Source: Elusimicrobiota bacterium
GTDB taxonomy: Bacteria > Elusimicrobiota > Elusimicrobia > F11
Assembly (NCBI GenBank): GCA_046153645.1
Contig: JBJXGI010000103.1
Coordinates: forward strand, 1-64,000
Direction of reading: 5' to 3'
DNA: 64,000 nucleotides
Made by a program: the position numbers and the translations under genes. Shown here one piece after another: positions 1 through 9,509 of this stretch. Positions within the stretch are counted from its first letter, which is position 1. Every line of letters starts with the position of its first letter. The notes beneath the pieces were generated by a model. That model was not told the origin of the DNA and did no database searches. It saw nothing but the letters and a program-made list of their open reading frames with translations.

Positions 1-1033
1 TAAGATTAATTGTTGTTGGTTGCAACATTTGTTTTCTGCTAAAGGCCAGTAATTGTTTTGTGAGCCCTGCGGCTCGCAGTGCATCTTCATTGATTTCTTT
101 AATATCTTGTTTAATAAGATTGTCCAGTTTCTTGTTTTCCAAAAGTAAACTACTGTATCCCAAAATACTGGTTAAGATATTGTTGAAATCATGAGCAATT
201 CCTCCCGCCAGATGGCCAATGGCTTCAAGTTTTCTTGAATTGAGAAGTTCTGTCTCTAACCTTTTTTGTTCGGTGATGTCAGAAGAGATAATAGCGAGAG
301 ATTCAACTTCCTCATTTTGATAGATCGGACCCACTCGACTTAAGTAAATAGATTGAGTCATTTGTGGGCCACGGGCAATGGTTTCATAGGTCCCGGGTTC
401 TCCGCTTTCAAAACATTTTTCTATCGTTGATCTTACTGAGTCGTGATATATGGGGTCGATGTAATCAAATACTGTGGAATTGAGTACTTGATCGTAAGAA
501 AGATCGCTTAGGACTCGATTAATAAAAAGGATTTTTCCATTCCTATCAATCATATAAACAAAATCAGTAACATTTTTGACGAGAGACTTCCACCCTTCCT
601 CTGATTGCCGTAAGTCTTCTATTGTATTGATTAAAAAATTTTGGGCTTGTTGTTTTTCTATCGCAAAACGGACCGCTTGAGGTAAAACATGCCTTAGGTA
701 TTCACCGAACAATAAAAAGGAATAGGCGCCGCCTTTGATAGCCTGTTGTTCTAGAAAGGGGTCATTCTTTTCAGAAATTAAGATGAGAGGTGTGTTGGGG
801 GCGCTGAATCGAATTTTGCTGAAGGTATTTAATGGATTTGTGTTGGGAAGATCTGGGTTGGCAAGGATCACGTTAAATTTTTTTTTCGCTAATTTTTTGA
901 GAGCCTCTGTTAAGTCTCTGGATTCATAAGTTTTAAACTGATATTTCCCTTTAGGTAAAAAGAACTTTTTAATTTTTCTGCTTTTGATCAAAGAGTTTTC
1001 AATAATCAGTATTTTGAATGTTGTTGAAGTCAT
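1..1033 (-). CDS. Pseudo-receiver/PAS sensor histidine kinase (CckA-like), 3' part runs off the window
   Basis: Not in the ORF track. Manual minus-strand translation from ATG 1033: MTSTTFKILIIEN...FNVILANPDLP (receiver-like), PAS-like LRQSEEGWKSLVKNVTDFVYMIDRNGKILFIN, H-box KLEAIGHLAGGIAHDFNNILTSILGY...LTKQLLAFSRKQ. Confidence 0.9.
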   Translation of the reverse strand, partial: MTSTTFKILIIENSLIKSRKIKKFFLPKGKYQFKTYESRDLTEALKKLAKKKFNVILANPDLPNTNPLNTFSKIRFSAPNTPLILISEKNDPFLEQQAIKGGAYSFLLFGEYLRHVLPQAVRFAIEKQQAQNFLINTIEDLRQSEEGWKSLVKNVTDFVYMIDRNGKILFINRVLSDLSYDQVLNSTVFDYIDPIYHDSVRSTIEKCFESGEPGTYETIARGPQMTQSIYLSRVGPIYQNEEVESLAIISSDITEQKRLETELLNSRKLEAIGHLAGGIAHDFNNILTSILGYSSLLLENKKLDNLIKQDIKEINEDALRAAGLTKQLLAFSRKQMLQPTTINL

Positions 1034-1190
1034 TGGGTTTACATGGAAACGTTTTATATAAAATAGGTAAAAGTATAAAAATATGAATATTATGATATCA
1101 TTGCAAATCGATCTTACCTTTTTTGTGGAAAAAAGAGCATGTGATGAATGGTTTAGTTAATCGTGATTGAGATAAATTAATAAGGATGAA

Positions 1191-1610
1191 ATGGGAAATT
1201 TATTAGAAAAAAATAAACTTTCATCTTCTGGAAATGAGAATTCTAAAAAGAGAATTCTCATTGTTGAGGATAACCCCGCAGAACTAAGAATGTTGCATAG
1301 ATCACTATCGTTGGAAGAGAATTTTTCTGTGAAATCGACAAATTCAGGCTATCAAGCCGGATTCTTAACCCAATCTTTTAAGCCCGACCTTATTATATTG
1401 GATATCTTCCTTGAAGATGTTGATGGTCGCGAAGTGGCAAAAACAATTCAAGCTGATAATAAATTCAAAAGGACTAAGATTGCCGCAATTACTGGTACAA
1501 CTGATCCAAAAGAAATTGAAACTTTAGAGAGCTGTTGTTTTGATGAAATTATTTATAAGCCCATTGCGCCTCATTTGTTACGTCAAAAAGTAAAAAAAAT
1601 GTTGGAATAA
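1191..1610 (+). CDS. Single-domain response regulator (receiver)
   Basis: ILIVEDN, PDLIILD, AITG, YKPI receiver motifs. Confidence 0.9.
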   Translation: MGNLLEKNKLSSSGNENSKKRILIVEDNPAELRMLHRSLSLEENFSVKSTNSGYQAGFLTQSFKPDLIILDIFLEDVDGREVAKTIQADNKFKRTKIAAITGTTDPKEIETLESCCFDEIIYKPIAPHLLRQKVKKMLE

Positions 1611-1611
1611 A

Positions 1612-1953
1612 ATGCCGCGATATTTTATAGGAACTTTTATTTATTTCTGGATTCCATGCATTGTGTTGTGGGTTTTGTTAAGAAATAAAATCGATATCCC
1701 AACTAAAAAAGCCTTTTGGATCACCCTTGCTATCTTAACACCTCTTACATTTATAATGGAATATGTTTATTTATGGGCAGATATTTGGAATTTTACCGAA
1801 GAAGTTGACCCTTTATTAGGAATTGAAATTTTTGGGGCTCCTGTTGAAGAGTTTTCATTTTGGTTTGGAGCCGGTCCTTTTATTTTGTTGCTCTATTTTT
1901 CTTTTGATCGATTATTCAAAATGAAAAGGAAATCGCATGCCGCTTCCCGATAA
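1612..1953 (+). CDS. Lycopene-cyclase-domain (CrtYc/Yd-like) small membrane protein
   Basis: About 3 TM segments; IWNF...LLGIEIFGAPVEEFSFWF motif. Confidence 0.65.
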   Translation: MPRYFIGTFIYFWIPCIVLWVLLRNKIDIPTKKAFWITLAILTPLTFIMEYVYLWADIWNFTEEVDPLLGIEIFGAPVEEFSFWFGAGPFILLLYFSFDRLFKMKRKSHAASR

Positions 1954-2311
1954 TCCACATCCCACTCGAGATCCAGAAAGTGGATTTAGTTACCGCCGTG
2001 GAAATTGGAACCCCTTGTGGGCGATTTTTTCATTACCGTTTTTGTTTGTAATGATTCCCTTGTATCGACTTATTAAACACGAAGTCAATTTAAAAGCTGC
2101 ATTCTCATCCATCGCGGTATTTGAGGTTGTGTTATTGATTGCTGAGCATTACGCCCTCATGCATGGGCATTGGGTCTATAATGAGGCGCGGATTTTGGGC
2201 CCTAAAGTTTTTGGAATTCCTATTGAAGAACCACTTATTTATTATTTTTTCTGCCCCTTCATGGTCATTATGATGTTCCATGCGGTAAAAAAATATTTGT
2301 TAAAAAAATAA
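1937..2311 (+). CDS. Lycopene-cyclase-domain (CrtYc/Yd-like) small membrane protein
   Basis: About 3 TM segments; GHWVYNEARILGPKVFGIPIEEPLIYYF motif. Confidence 0.7.
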   Translation: MPLPDNPHPTRDPESGFSYRRGNWNPLWAIFSLPFLFVMIPLYRLIKHEVNLKAAFSSIAVFEVVLLIAEHYALMHGHWVYNEARILGPKVFGIPIEEPLIYYFFCPFMVIMMFHAVKKYLLKK

Positions 2312-2332
2312 TTGCAATCCGGAGGCTTTAAA

Positions 2333-2866
2333 ATGAACCTAATCGTTTGGGAAATATGGACATATGTTCAGATTCCGATTTATGTTTTTTTGTTTAAGCG
2401 TTTTGCAAAGAGAAATATTGTTGGAGATTTAATCGCGGGAAGTATTATGGGGGTGTATATAGAATTTGCAACTGAGCCTTTGTGGGACTACCATTTCAAA
2501 CTAACTGTTTACAAAGATATTCCTCTTTCCATTATTTTCGGTTGGGGCGTCATGTTTACTTTGGTTACTTTTTTCTCAGAAAAAATGTACTGCTGGATTT
2601 TAAAGAAAAAAGCCATTATCCCTTATGACAAACGAATTTTTATTTTTGACGTGGTGGGGGCAATTCTCATCGGCTTTCCATTAGAAGCCATTGGGTTAAA
2701 ATCAGGTATTTGGGATTATCGTTATGATTTGCTTCAGTGGGATTGGGGAACCGTTCCTCTTATTCAAATGCCGCTTGAAGCCTTGGTTGGATATGGTCTT
2801 TTAATGTTGTTAGCACCTACGTTTGTTCGTTATTGGCAAGGTTCGTTTGAAGGCGACCGTGCTTAA
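2333..2866 (+). CDS. Membrane protein with two cyclase-like repeats
   Basis: GGAGG RBS before ATG 2333; repeats LWDY...IPLSIIFGWG and GIWDY...MPLEALVGYG. Confidence 0.55.
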   Translation: MNLIVWEIWTYVQIPIYVFLFKRFAKRNIVGDLIAGSIMGVYIEFATEPLWDYHFKLTVYKDIPLSIIFGWGVMFTLVTFFSEKMYCWILKKKAIIPYDKRIFIFDVVGAILIGFPLEAIGLKSGIWDYRYDLLQWDWGTVPLIQMPLEALVGYGLLMLLAPTFVRYWQGSFEGDRA

Positions 2867-2891
2867 TGAATAAATAAACCTCATTTCTTTC

Positions 2892-4238
2892 ATGTCCCCT
2901 CCACAAACCCAGCCTCAATTATCAGGGGTGGATTCTGGCGTCGTTAAAAAACAACTGCTGGCCACAAGTATCCTTACCTTTTTTGTCTTCCTTATGTATT
3001 CCTGGGCTAAAAGTCCTTTTCATCCTTTTTTCCCCTATATCGTACTCACTTCATGTGTTTTTCACTTATTGTTATATTTTTTGGTAGGTTGGATTTCATT
3101 TAAAAAACCTTCTTTTTTGGCCTTTGTGAGTGTGTTCAATATATTTCTTTTAGGTGTGGCGATTCATTTATCAGGTGGGGTTATTTCTCCTTTTATTATG
3201 AGTTTTTTTTGCATTATTCTTTCTGATGTCGCTAATGGGATTGAATATCCCATTGGAATGGTCACTTCTGTTTTAGTGTATGGATTCGTTATTATGTTGG
3301 AATATTTTAATTGGGTAAAACCAGTTAATATTTCAACGAGTGAAATATATTCAAGTGGTGTTTTGACGTTTTCTATTATTTTGGGAACCGCATTTCTTCT
3401 TATTTATACCGGACAGATTTATAAAGTTATTATGGCCAACTTGCGTTTGAAACTAGAACAAGAACATAACGAAAAAAACAAAATGGTTCATGAATTGGCG
3501 CGTCTGGAAGCGCCCTCGAATATAGGTCTAATGGTTAATAAAATCACGCATGATATTCGGGGTCCCTTGCAAGCCATTTCTAGTTTTGTCTCGATGATGC
3601 AAGACAATAACACTCTTAATAAAGAAGATCGGGAAGATTGTGCGCTTATTTTAAAGGAAATTTGCCGAGTCTCTAATCTGGTCAACCGCATGCTCAAATA
3701 TGTTAAGCCTGGGGAATTGGAAAAAATAGAGTTTTCTGCAGTTGACCTCATTGAAACCATGTTGGCTGTTATTTCTTTCTATCCTGGCGCTAAGAAAATT
3801 AGATTCAAAAATAAATTACCGCTATCAGCTGAAAATGAATATTTGTTGTTCGCTAATAAAGAAGAATTACAGCAAGTATTTTTTAATATTTATAAAAATA
3901 GCATTGAAGCGCTATCAACCAAAACGGAAAATCCTCATATTTGGACAGGTATTGTTAGAGATAATAATGATGTCATTATCACGATTTCTGATAATGGTCC
4001 CGGGATGCCTAATGAAATAAAAGACAAACTCTTTTTAGAAAATTTCTCTTCTAAAAAAGAAGGAAACGGCTTGGGATTAATGATTTCAAAACAAATTTTA
4101 CTGAGTTATCAGGGCGATTTGGTTATTCAAAATAAAGAGCAGGGAGGATTACGTGTGGTTGTTCGTTTGCCCAGTCATTCATCGGCGAAAGTCACGAATG
4201 AAAGTGAGTCAAATTTGATACATGGAATGAAGTTATGA
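2892..4238 (+). CDS. Multi-TM membrane sensor histidine kinase
   Basis: Hydrophobic N-terminal ~180 aa; H-box ITHDIRGPL; N-box QVFFNIYKNS; DNGPG and GNGLGL boxes. Confidence 0.92.
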   Translation: MSPPQTQPQLSGVDSGVVKKQLLATSILTFFVFLMYSWAKSPFHPFFPYIVLTSCVFHLLLYFLVGWISFKKPSFLAFVSVFNIFLLGVAIHLSGGVISPFIMSFFCIILSDVANGIEYPIGMVTSVLVYGFVIMLEYFNWVKPVNISTSEIYSSGVLTFSIILGTAFLLIYTGQIYKVIMANLRLKLEQEHNEKNKMVHELARLEAPSNIGLMVNKITHDIRGPLQAISSFVSMMQDNNTLNKEDREDCALILKEICRVSNLVNRMLKYVKPGELEKIEFSAVDLIETMLAVISFYPGAKKIRFKNKLPLSAENEYLLFANKEELQQVFFNIYKNSIEALSTKTENPHIWTGIVRDNNDVIITISDNGPGMPNEIKDKLFLENFSSKKEGNGLGLMISKQILLSYQGDLVIQNKEQGGLRVVVRLPSHSSAKVTNESESNLIHGMKL

Positions 4239-5482
4239 AAAAAAGATCAATGTGGGTAATATGTGCGGTGGCTTTATTAATGGTGTATGCCAATTTTTTA
4301 TTTTCAGCTGGGTATGAGTTCGAGGGTTTGGGAGGCAGACAAGTCTCGCGCGGTGGAGCGGCCATTGCCAGCGCAGATGATTGGACCGCCACTTATTGGA
4401 ATCCAGGTTCAATCTCTAAGAGCATCAAAGGTAAAAGAGGCGATGTTGGGTTAGAAGTATTTGGGGGGGAAGCTTATGGCAAAGATTCCAATTCTTTGTC
4501 AAGTTTATCTGGAGTTGGACCTAAATTTTCAAAAGATAAATTAAATTCTAATTTTATATTGGGCGCTTTGGGTGGAATTTTTCCTGTTGGCTCCAACGGA
4601 GGTATTGGATTTAGTGTGTATACCCCGTTACTTCAAGGTGTCGATTTTAAAGATATTGCCAACGATGGTTCTGGTTTGGCTCTTTCTTATAAAGGTTCAC
4701 TCGGGCTTGTCACAACAAATATTTCAGGCAGTTACAATTTCATACCAGAACTTTCGATTGGGCTTGGATTGGATATCCTTTATGGTCGATTAATGACCAA
4801 GGCCAATTTAGATAATTTTTTAATTCCAACCAATACACTGACAACCGATCTTGATGGTGACGGGATTGGATATGAGGGAATTGTGGGGATTCGTTACGAC
4901 GCTTCACAAAAAATAACAATTGGCGGTGTTTATAGATCTGGCAGCGATATTCATTTAAAAGGAAACGTGAGCGCAACGAATTCATCTCTTTTACTTCCCA
5001 GTGAAAAAAGTGATTTTACTTTTGTTCTCAGGCACCCTGCGACAGCTGGCATAGGTGTGGCTTTCAAACCCGTTTCAAAATTAAATTTTACATTTGATGT
5101 AAATCGAACTTTTTGGCACCGTTTTTCCAATGCCATTAACTATAAAACAGAAGGCACTTTATTAAGAGATGTTCCAAACTCTTTTCACTGGAAAAACACT
5201 TGGAAATTCCGATTTGGAACGGAAGTCCACCTATCTTCTAAATGGGATTTATTAGGAGGATATTCATATGACCAAGCGGCTTTAGATGCCAACAGCGTTG
5301 ACTTTGCTAACTCAGTTGATGTTCCTATGAATCGGTTGTATTGGGGCGTTTCTCGCCATTGGAATGAAGCTTGGGAATCAACTCTGGGAAGTGTAATGGG
5401 GTACGGTGAAAGAGAGGAGCAGGGTCTTCGTTATCGACTTTCTGGTTATCAAATTATGCTGGAAACTCGATTAAAATATTGA
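4235..5482 (+). CDS. OmpP1/FadL/TodX-family outer-membrane transporter for hydrophobic compounds
   Basis: Signal peptide; AGYEFEGLGGRQVSRGGAAIASADDWTATYWNPG N-terminal signature; WKNTWKFRFGTE; C-terminal aromatic residue. Confidence 0.85.
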   Translation: MKKRSMWVICAVALLMVYANFLFSAGYEFEGLGGRQVSRGGAAIASADDWTATYWNPGSISKSIKGKRGDVGLEVFGGEAYGKDSNSLSSLSGVGPKFSKDKLNSNFILGALGGIFPVGSNGGIGFSVYTPLLQGVDFKDIANDGSGLALSYKGSLGLVTTNISGSYNFIPELSIGLGLDILYGRLMTKANLDNFLIPTNTLTTDLDGDGIGYEGIVGIRYDASQKITIGGVYRSGSDIHLKGNVSATNSSLLLPSEKSDFTFVLRHPATAGIGVAFKPVSKLNFTFDVNRTFWHRFSNAINYKTEGTLLRDVPNSFHWKNTWKFRFGTEVHLSSKWDLLGGYSYDQAALDANSVDFANSVDVPMNRLYWGVSRHWNEAWESTLGSVMGYGEREEQGLRYRLSGYQIMLETRLKY

Positions 5483-5558
5483 AAATAAAAACAATGTTAC
5501 CGGCATGACGAATTAGTCAACTGAATAATCTGGGTTAAAAAAATTTATTCTCTCTGGT

Positions 5559-5574
5559 TGGCATAAATTTTGCT
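5559..5574 (+). promoter_or_regulatory. sigma54 -24/-12 promoter
   Basis: TGGCATAAATTTTGCT (GG-N10-GC), intergenic. Confidence 0.75.
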
Positions 5575-5586
5575 AAAGTCTGAAAA

Positions 5587-6204
5587 ATGGCCCGAAAAAA
5601 TAAATTATCCTCTAAAAATAACAACTCCGAAAAGTCCTACACCATAGGAGAGTTGGCCAGTATTTGCCAAGTAACGCCCACAACTATTTATAGGTGGGTT
5701 ATAAGTAAAAAAATACCTTCATTTCAAACGATGGGGAGGCATCACCGAGTATGGGAATCAGATGCTTTTACACTTTTTTCTTCTCTTGATATTCCTCACT
5801 CTCAGTTTAGAGCAAAAAGTATTATTCTAAAAGTTCTTATTGTTGATGATAAACCCTCCATTCGGCGATTGATACGCCGGTTAATTCAATCGAAATTTCC
5901 TAAAGCTCTTATTATCGAAGCTGTTGATGGTTATGAAGCCGGATTTAAAACGCGTGATGAAAAACCACAGCTGGTTATTTTGGATTTAAATCTTCCAAAA
6001 ATTGACGGTGTCAAGGTCTGTCAAATGATTAAAGAGAGTAAAGATCTCCTCCAAACCAAAGTGTTAGCCGTTACCGGAGTGGCGCCTGAAAGATCTCAAA
6101 AGATGGTGTTAAAAGCAGGGGCCGACGCCTTTCTTGCAAAACCTTTTGATAATGAAGATTTTATTTCCAAGGTACAGATGCTGTTGGTAGATTTTTTAAA
6201 CTAG
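5587..6204 (+). CDS. Excisionase/MerR-like HTH plus receiver domain regulator
   Basis: YTIGELASICQVTPTTIYRW...GRHHR HTH; VLIVDD...LVILDLNLP...AKPF receiver. Confidence 0.88.
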   Translation: MARKNKLSSKNNNSEKSYTIGELASICQVTPTTIYRWVISKKIPSFQTMGRHHRVWESDAFTLFSSLDIPHSQFRAKSIILKVLIVDDKPSIRRLIRRLIQSKFPKALIIEAVDGYEAGFKTRDEKPQLVILDLNLPKIDGVKVCQMIKESKDLLQTKVLAVTGVAPERSQKMVLKAGADAFLAKPFDNEDFISKVQMLLVDFLN

Positions 6205-6448
6205 CTATATTTTGAGTTTCTTTTATATTTTTTAGCCATACTGATAATTTTCCAATTCTTTCACTCACTTTCCTAAAGTTTTCTAAGTGTATTTTTCCGT
6301 CCGGTGTCGGAGCTATTTCTTTTTCTAATATTTGAATTCCGAGAAACATGGCGGACTGAATATTGTTTAAATCGTGACATATTGTTCCCACTAATTTTTC
6401 CAAATCAGCTAGCTGAAAAGAGAATTGTTTATTCTTGAGTTTTTTCAT
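6161..6448 (-). CDS. Stand-alone HisKA-like (H-box only) protein
   Basis: LVGTICHDLNNIQSAM H-box, no ATPase domain; probable start ATG 6448; 3' end overlaps the convergent gene by 44 nt. Confidence 0.55.
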   Translation of the reverse strand: MKKLKNKQFSFQLADLEKLVGTICHDLNNIQSAMFLGIQILEKEIAPTPDGKIHLENFRKVSERIGKLSVWLKNIKETQNIASLKNLPTASVPWK

Positions 6449-7421
6449 TTGGATTTTTTTTCGGTGGAGGATATTCATCAACCCGTCTATCAATAAAGTA
6501 GGCGGATTTTTCTTGTCGTTTAGCGACATATTTTACCTGAGCTGCGATCGTTGAAATTTCACCAATATTTTTTAATATTCTCACTTTATTTGTTACGACA
6601 CCGATGGCAAGCGATATAAGAGGGAATGAATTGAGAACCCCTTTTCTATCATGAATAGAAATGTGGCCAGCTTTAAAATCATCTTCATCATAAAATGAAG
6701 ACAGAAGGTCATCAAATCGGTTTATTAGTTTTTCACAAATAGGTGCGGCATCTTCTTCTCCAATAACAACAATAAAATCATCGCCACCGATATGGCCTAA
6801 CATTCGGTCATTTCCAGCGCAGCATGAGATGATGGCTTCGGTTGTTTGAAGGAGAACCTTATCTCCTCGAAGAAAGCCATAATAATCATTGTAAGCTTTA
6901 AAGTGACTGATATCGATGTATAAAATGGAAAAAAGTTTTTTCGATTCAAGTCGGCGAATAATTTCTCTTTCAATGAGGCCATTGCCAGGAAGGCGGCTTA
7001 GTGGATTGGCGTTCAGGGTCATCTCACTCCGCCGGATGGCTGTTTCGGTGCGAGCCAGTAATTCTTCCATATGGAATGGTTTTTCTAAATAATCGTCGCC
7101 GCCGCTTCTAAGTCCTTTAACAATATCATTTGGGGTATCCATCCCACTAAGGAAAATAACTGGGATATGTCGCAATCTGACATCCGATTTAATTTGTTCA
7201 CAAAGCCATAATCCTGAACGACCTGGAAGAATAACATCGAGCAGAATAAGATCACACCAATTGTTATTAATAATAGAGATTGCTTCAGTCGTATTTTTTG
7301 CGAGTTCCACTTCATAGGTGGAAGTGAGTACTCTTTTTATCGCAAAAGAGAACTCTTCGTGATCTTCTACCACTAACACTCTTGATCGGCGATTGGTCAT
7401 TGGAATATTCCTGTTGCTCAA
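6429..7421 (-). CDS. Receiver-GGDEF (GGDDF variant) diguanylate-cyclase-family protein
   Basis: REC (LILLDVILP), then ANPLSRLPGN, DISHFKAYNDYYGF, HIGGDDF. Confidence 0.9.
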   Translation of the reverse strand: MSNRNIPMTNRRSRVLVVEDHEEFSFAIKRVLTSTYEVELAKNTTEAISIINNNWCDLILLDVILPGRSGLWLCEQIKSDVRLRHIPVIFLSGMDTPNDIVKGLRSGGDDYLEKPFHMEELLARTETAIRRSEMTLNANPLSRLPGNGLIEREIIRRLESKKLFSILYIDISHFKAYNDYYGFLRGDKVLLQTTEAIISCCAGNDRMLGHIGGDDFIVVIGEEDAAPICEKLINRFDDLLSSFYDEDDFKAGHISIHDRKGVLNSFPLISLAIGVVTNKVRILKNIGEISTIAAQVKYVAKRQEKSAYFIDRRVDEYPPPKKNPNEKTQE

Positions 7422-8260
7422 ACCATGAGTCTCGGGAAAGATAAAACGAGAACGGGTTTGCTCCCGACTGTTTTTACAATAAACACTTTAAAAATAATGA
7501 TATCACCGAGTGCGTTGATATCAGCTGTATATTTAACGTCATGGTCATCACTGATAAGTTGTTTTAATGTTTCCAAAAATTTCTGAGGAGGGGCTAAGTT
7601 AATTCCGTGAGATCGAATTTGTAAGAGCGCGGAGTCATTTAAGTGACTTATTTTCCCTCCGACCATTTTTTCAAAAGCGTGGTTTGAATAAAGAATCTCC
7701 CAATTTTCATTTAAGATAATAATAGGAATGGCCAGTGAACCGGCGCCTAAACTAATAAATTGGCGAGCGCCTTCTTTTAAATCTCCTTCCCACAATACAT
7801 TTATCTTCCCATCGGGGGTTAGTTGTATATTAACGTCTTCGCCCTCCTTGGTTTGGGCAAAAGGAAGAAGGGGCACTGTTTTTGAATTATCCTGATGTAA
7901 TTTTTTTCGGACATCGGTTAAAATTTTCACTAACTGATGGAGATCCAATGGTTTTTTAAGGTAACTAAAGGCACCGTTTTTTAAAAGAAACTGAGCCGTT
8001 TCATTATCACCATATCCTGTTAAGACAATAACTTCCGTTTCCGGGTGATGGGTTTTCACGGCTGATAAAACCCCTCGGCCGTCAATATTTGGCATCTTAA
8101 GATCAGTGATAATGACTTCGGGACGTTCTCGTTCAAATACTTCTAATCCTTCTTTCCCATCACAAGCTTGAAAGGCGATGAATTTTTCTCTTTCCACAAT
8201 TCGTGTTATTACTTTCCGAACCGGTTCAAAATCATCAATGATTAATATCTTTTCCATCAT
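7418..8260 (-). CDS. Response regulator with C-terminal PAS-like region
   Basis: ILIIDD, ITDLKMP, LTGYG, KKP; C-terminal PIIILNENWEILYSNHAF. Confidence 0.85.
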   Translation of the reverse strand: MMEKILIIDDFEPVRKVITRIVEREKFIAFQACDGKEGLEVFERERPEVIITDLKMPNIDGRGVLSAVKTHHPETEVIVLTGYGDNETAQFLLKNGAFSYLKKPLDLHQLVKILTDVRKKLHQDNSKTVPLLPFAQTKEGEDVNIQLTPDGKINVLWEGDLKEGARQFISLGAGSLAIPIIILNENWEILYSNHAFEKMVGGKISHLNDSALLQIRSHGINLAPPQKFLETLKQLISDDHDVKYTADINALGDIIIFKVFIVKTVGSKPVLVLSFPRLMV

Positions 8261-8261
8261 G

Positions 8262-9470
8262 TTAAGCCGCCTTTTTCAAGATCAATGATTCGGTGAGAGT
8301 GAGAGGTAAAATAATAGAGAAACTGGTCCCATGGTTTAAGGAAGATTCAAACTCAATTTTTCCACCCAATTCTTCAACAATTTCTTTTGAAATGGCCAAT
8401 CCTAGTCCTGTCCCATGATCACGATCCTTGGTTGTAAATAACGGAAGGAAAATTTTTTCTTTAATAGAATCCGGGATACCGGTACCATTGTCTTTTATTG
8501 TGATCATCACAGCCGGTGTTTGATTGTCTAGAACTGTTTCTTGTGTTGATAAAACAATCGATCGGTTAGAAACTTCTGATGAAGATAAAGCGTCTCTTGC
8601 ATTTGAAAGTAAGTTCATGACGACTTGTTGAATACCAACAGGGCGACTGGTTATTTGAGGCAAGTTTTCACTTAACTTCAGAGACAATTCAATGTTATGT
8701 TTGATGAATTGATTTTCAATGAAAGTAATGGTTGTTTGAAGTAACCCATTGAGATCAAAACTTTCAGGCGCCTCATTTTCATCTCCACGAGAAAAAGATC
8801 GCATATTGCGAACGATCTTAACGATAAGATCCATTTGACCGAGCATCTCCTCTAAGTAGGTTTTCATTTCTTTCGAATTAAATTCTTTTTTTTCATCTAT
8901 TTGCATTATGAGTTCTTGGCAATTAAGAATCATGGATCCTAAGGGTTGATTGATTTCATGAACCAATCCGCCAGAGAGTTCTCCGACAGTCGCCATTTTT
9001 CGAAGATGAAAAAGCTCTTTTTTCATCAAAGTAATTTCTTCCGCTTTGGATTGGACAAGTTGATTTAAAGATTTGTTTTCTAATTTTTGATTATCTATCT
9101 CTAATTTTTTTGAAATAGCTTTATCGATAGATTTTCTGAGCTGGATGGCGCTGAATGGTTTAATCAGGAAATCAGCGGCGCCAGCTTTTAAACTTCGAAT
9201 AATAAAATCGCGAGCTGGGTTCCCGGTCATGACAATGGGAGAAAAATTCTCATCCATCTCTTTCATCTTTTCAATGGCGTTGAGTCCGTTCATCCCAGGG
9301 AGGAGAACATCGATGAGAACCAGTTCTGGTTTCTTTTCTTTAAAAATCTCTAAGGCTTGTTTTCCCTGAGTCGCCAAAAAAGGACTAAATTTCCATCGTC
9401 TTAAAATAGTGTCTAATGATTTTAAGATAGCCGGATTGTCATCAACGACTAAAACATTTTCTACAGGCAT
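8262..9470 (-). CDS. Receiver-histidine kinase hybrid
   Basis: REC; GLVHEINQPL H-box; NLLSNARDA, DNGTG, GTGLGL; ends KKAA. Confidence 0.93.
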   Translation of the reverse strand: MPVENVLVVDDNPAILKSLDTILRRWKFSPFLATQGKQALEIFKEKKPELVLIDVLLPGMNGLNAIEKMKEMDENFSPIVMTGNPARDFIIRSLKAGAADFLIKPFSAIQLRKSIDKAISKKLEIDNQKLENKSLNQLVQSKAEEITLMKKELFHLRKMATVGELSGGLVHEINQPLGSMILNCQELIMQIDEKKEFNSKEMKTYLEEMLGQMDLIVKIVRNMRSFSRGDENEAPESFDLNGLLQTTITFIENQFIKHNIELSLKLSENLPQITSRPVGIQQVVMNLLSNARDALSSSEVSNRSIVLSTQETVLDNQTPAVMITIKDNGTGIPDSIKEKIFLPLFTTKDRDHGTGLGLAISKEIVEELGGKIEFESSLNHGTSFSIILPLTLTESLILKKAA

Positions 9471-9509
9471 ATTTTTTACCTCAGCACGGTTTTTTCCTTT
9501 GTACCAGTA

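Noticed and set aside
735..929. 64-aa plus-strand ORF
   Set aside because: Lies antisense within the minus-strand kinase gene 1-1033.
1612..2866. Calling these genes crtY and the locus a carotenoid cluster
   Set aside because: No crtE/crtB/crtI in the window; only the motif-level family resemblance is supported.
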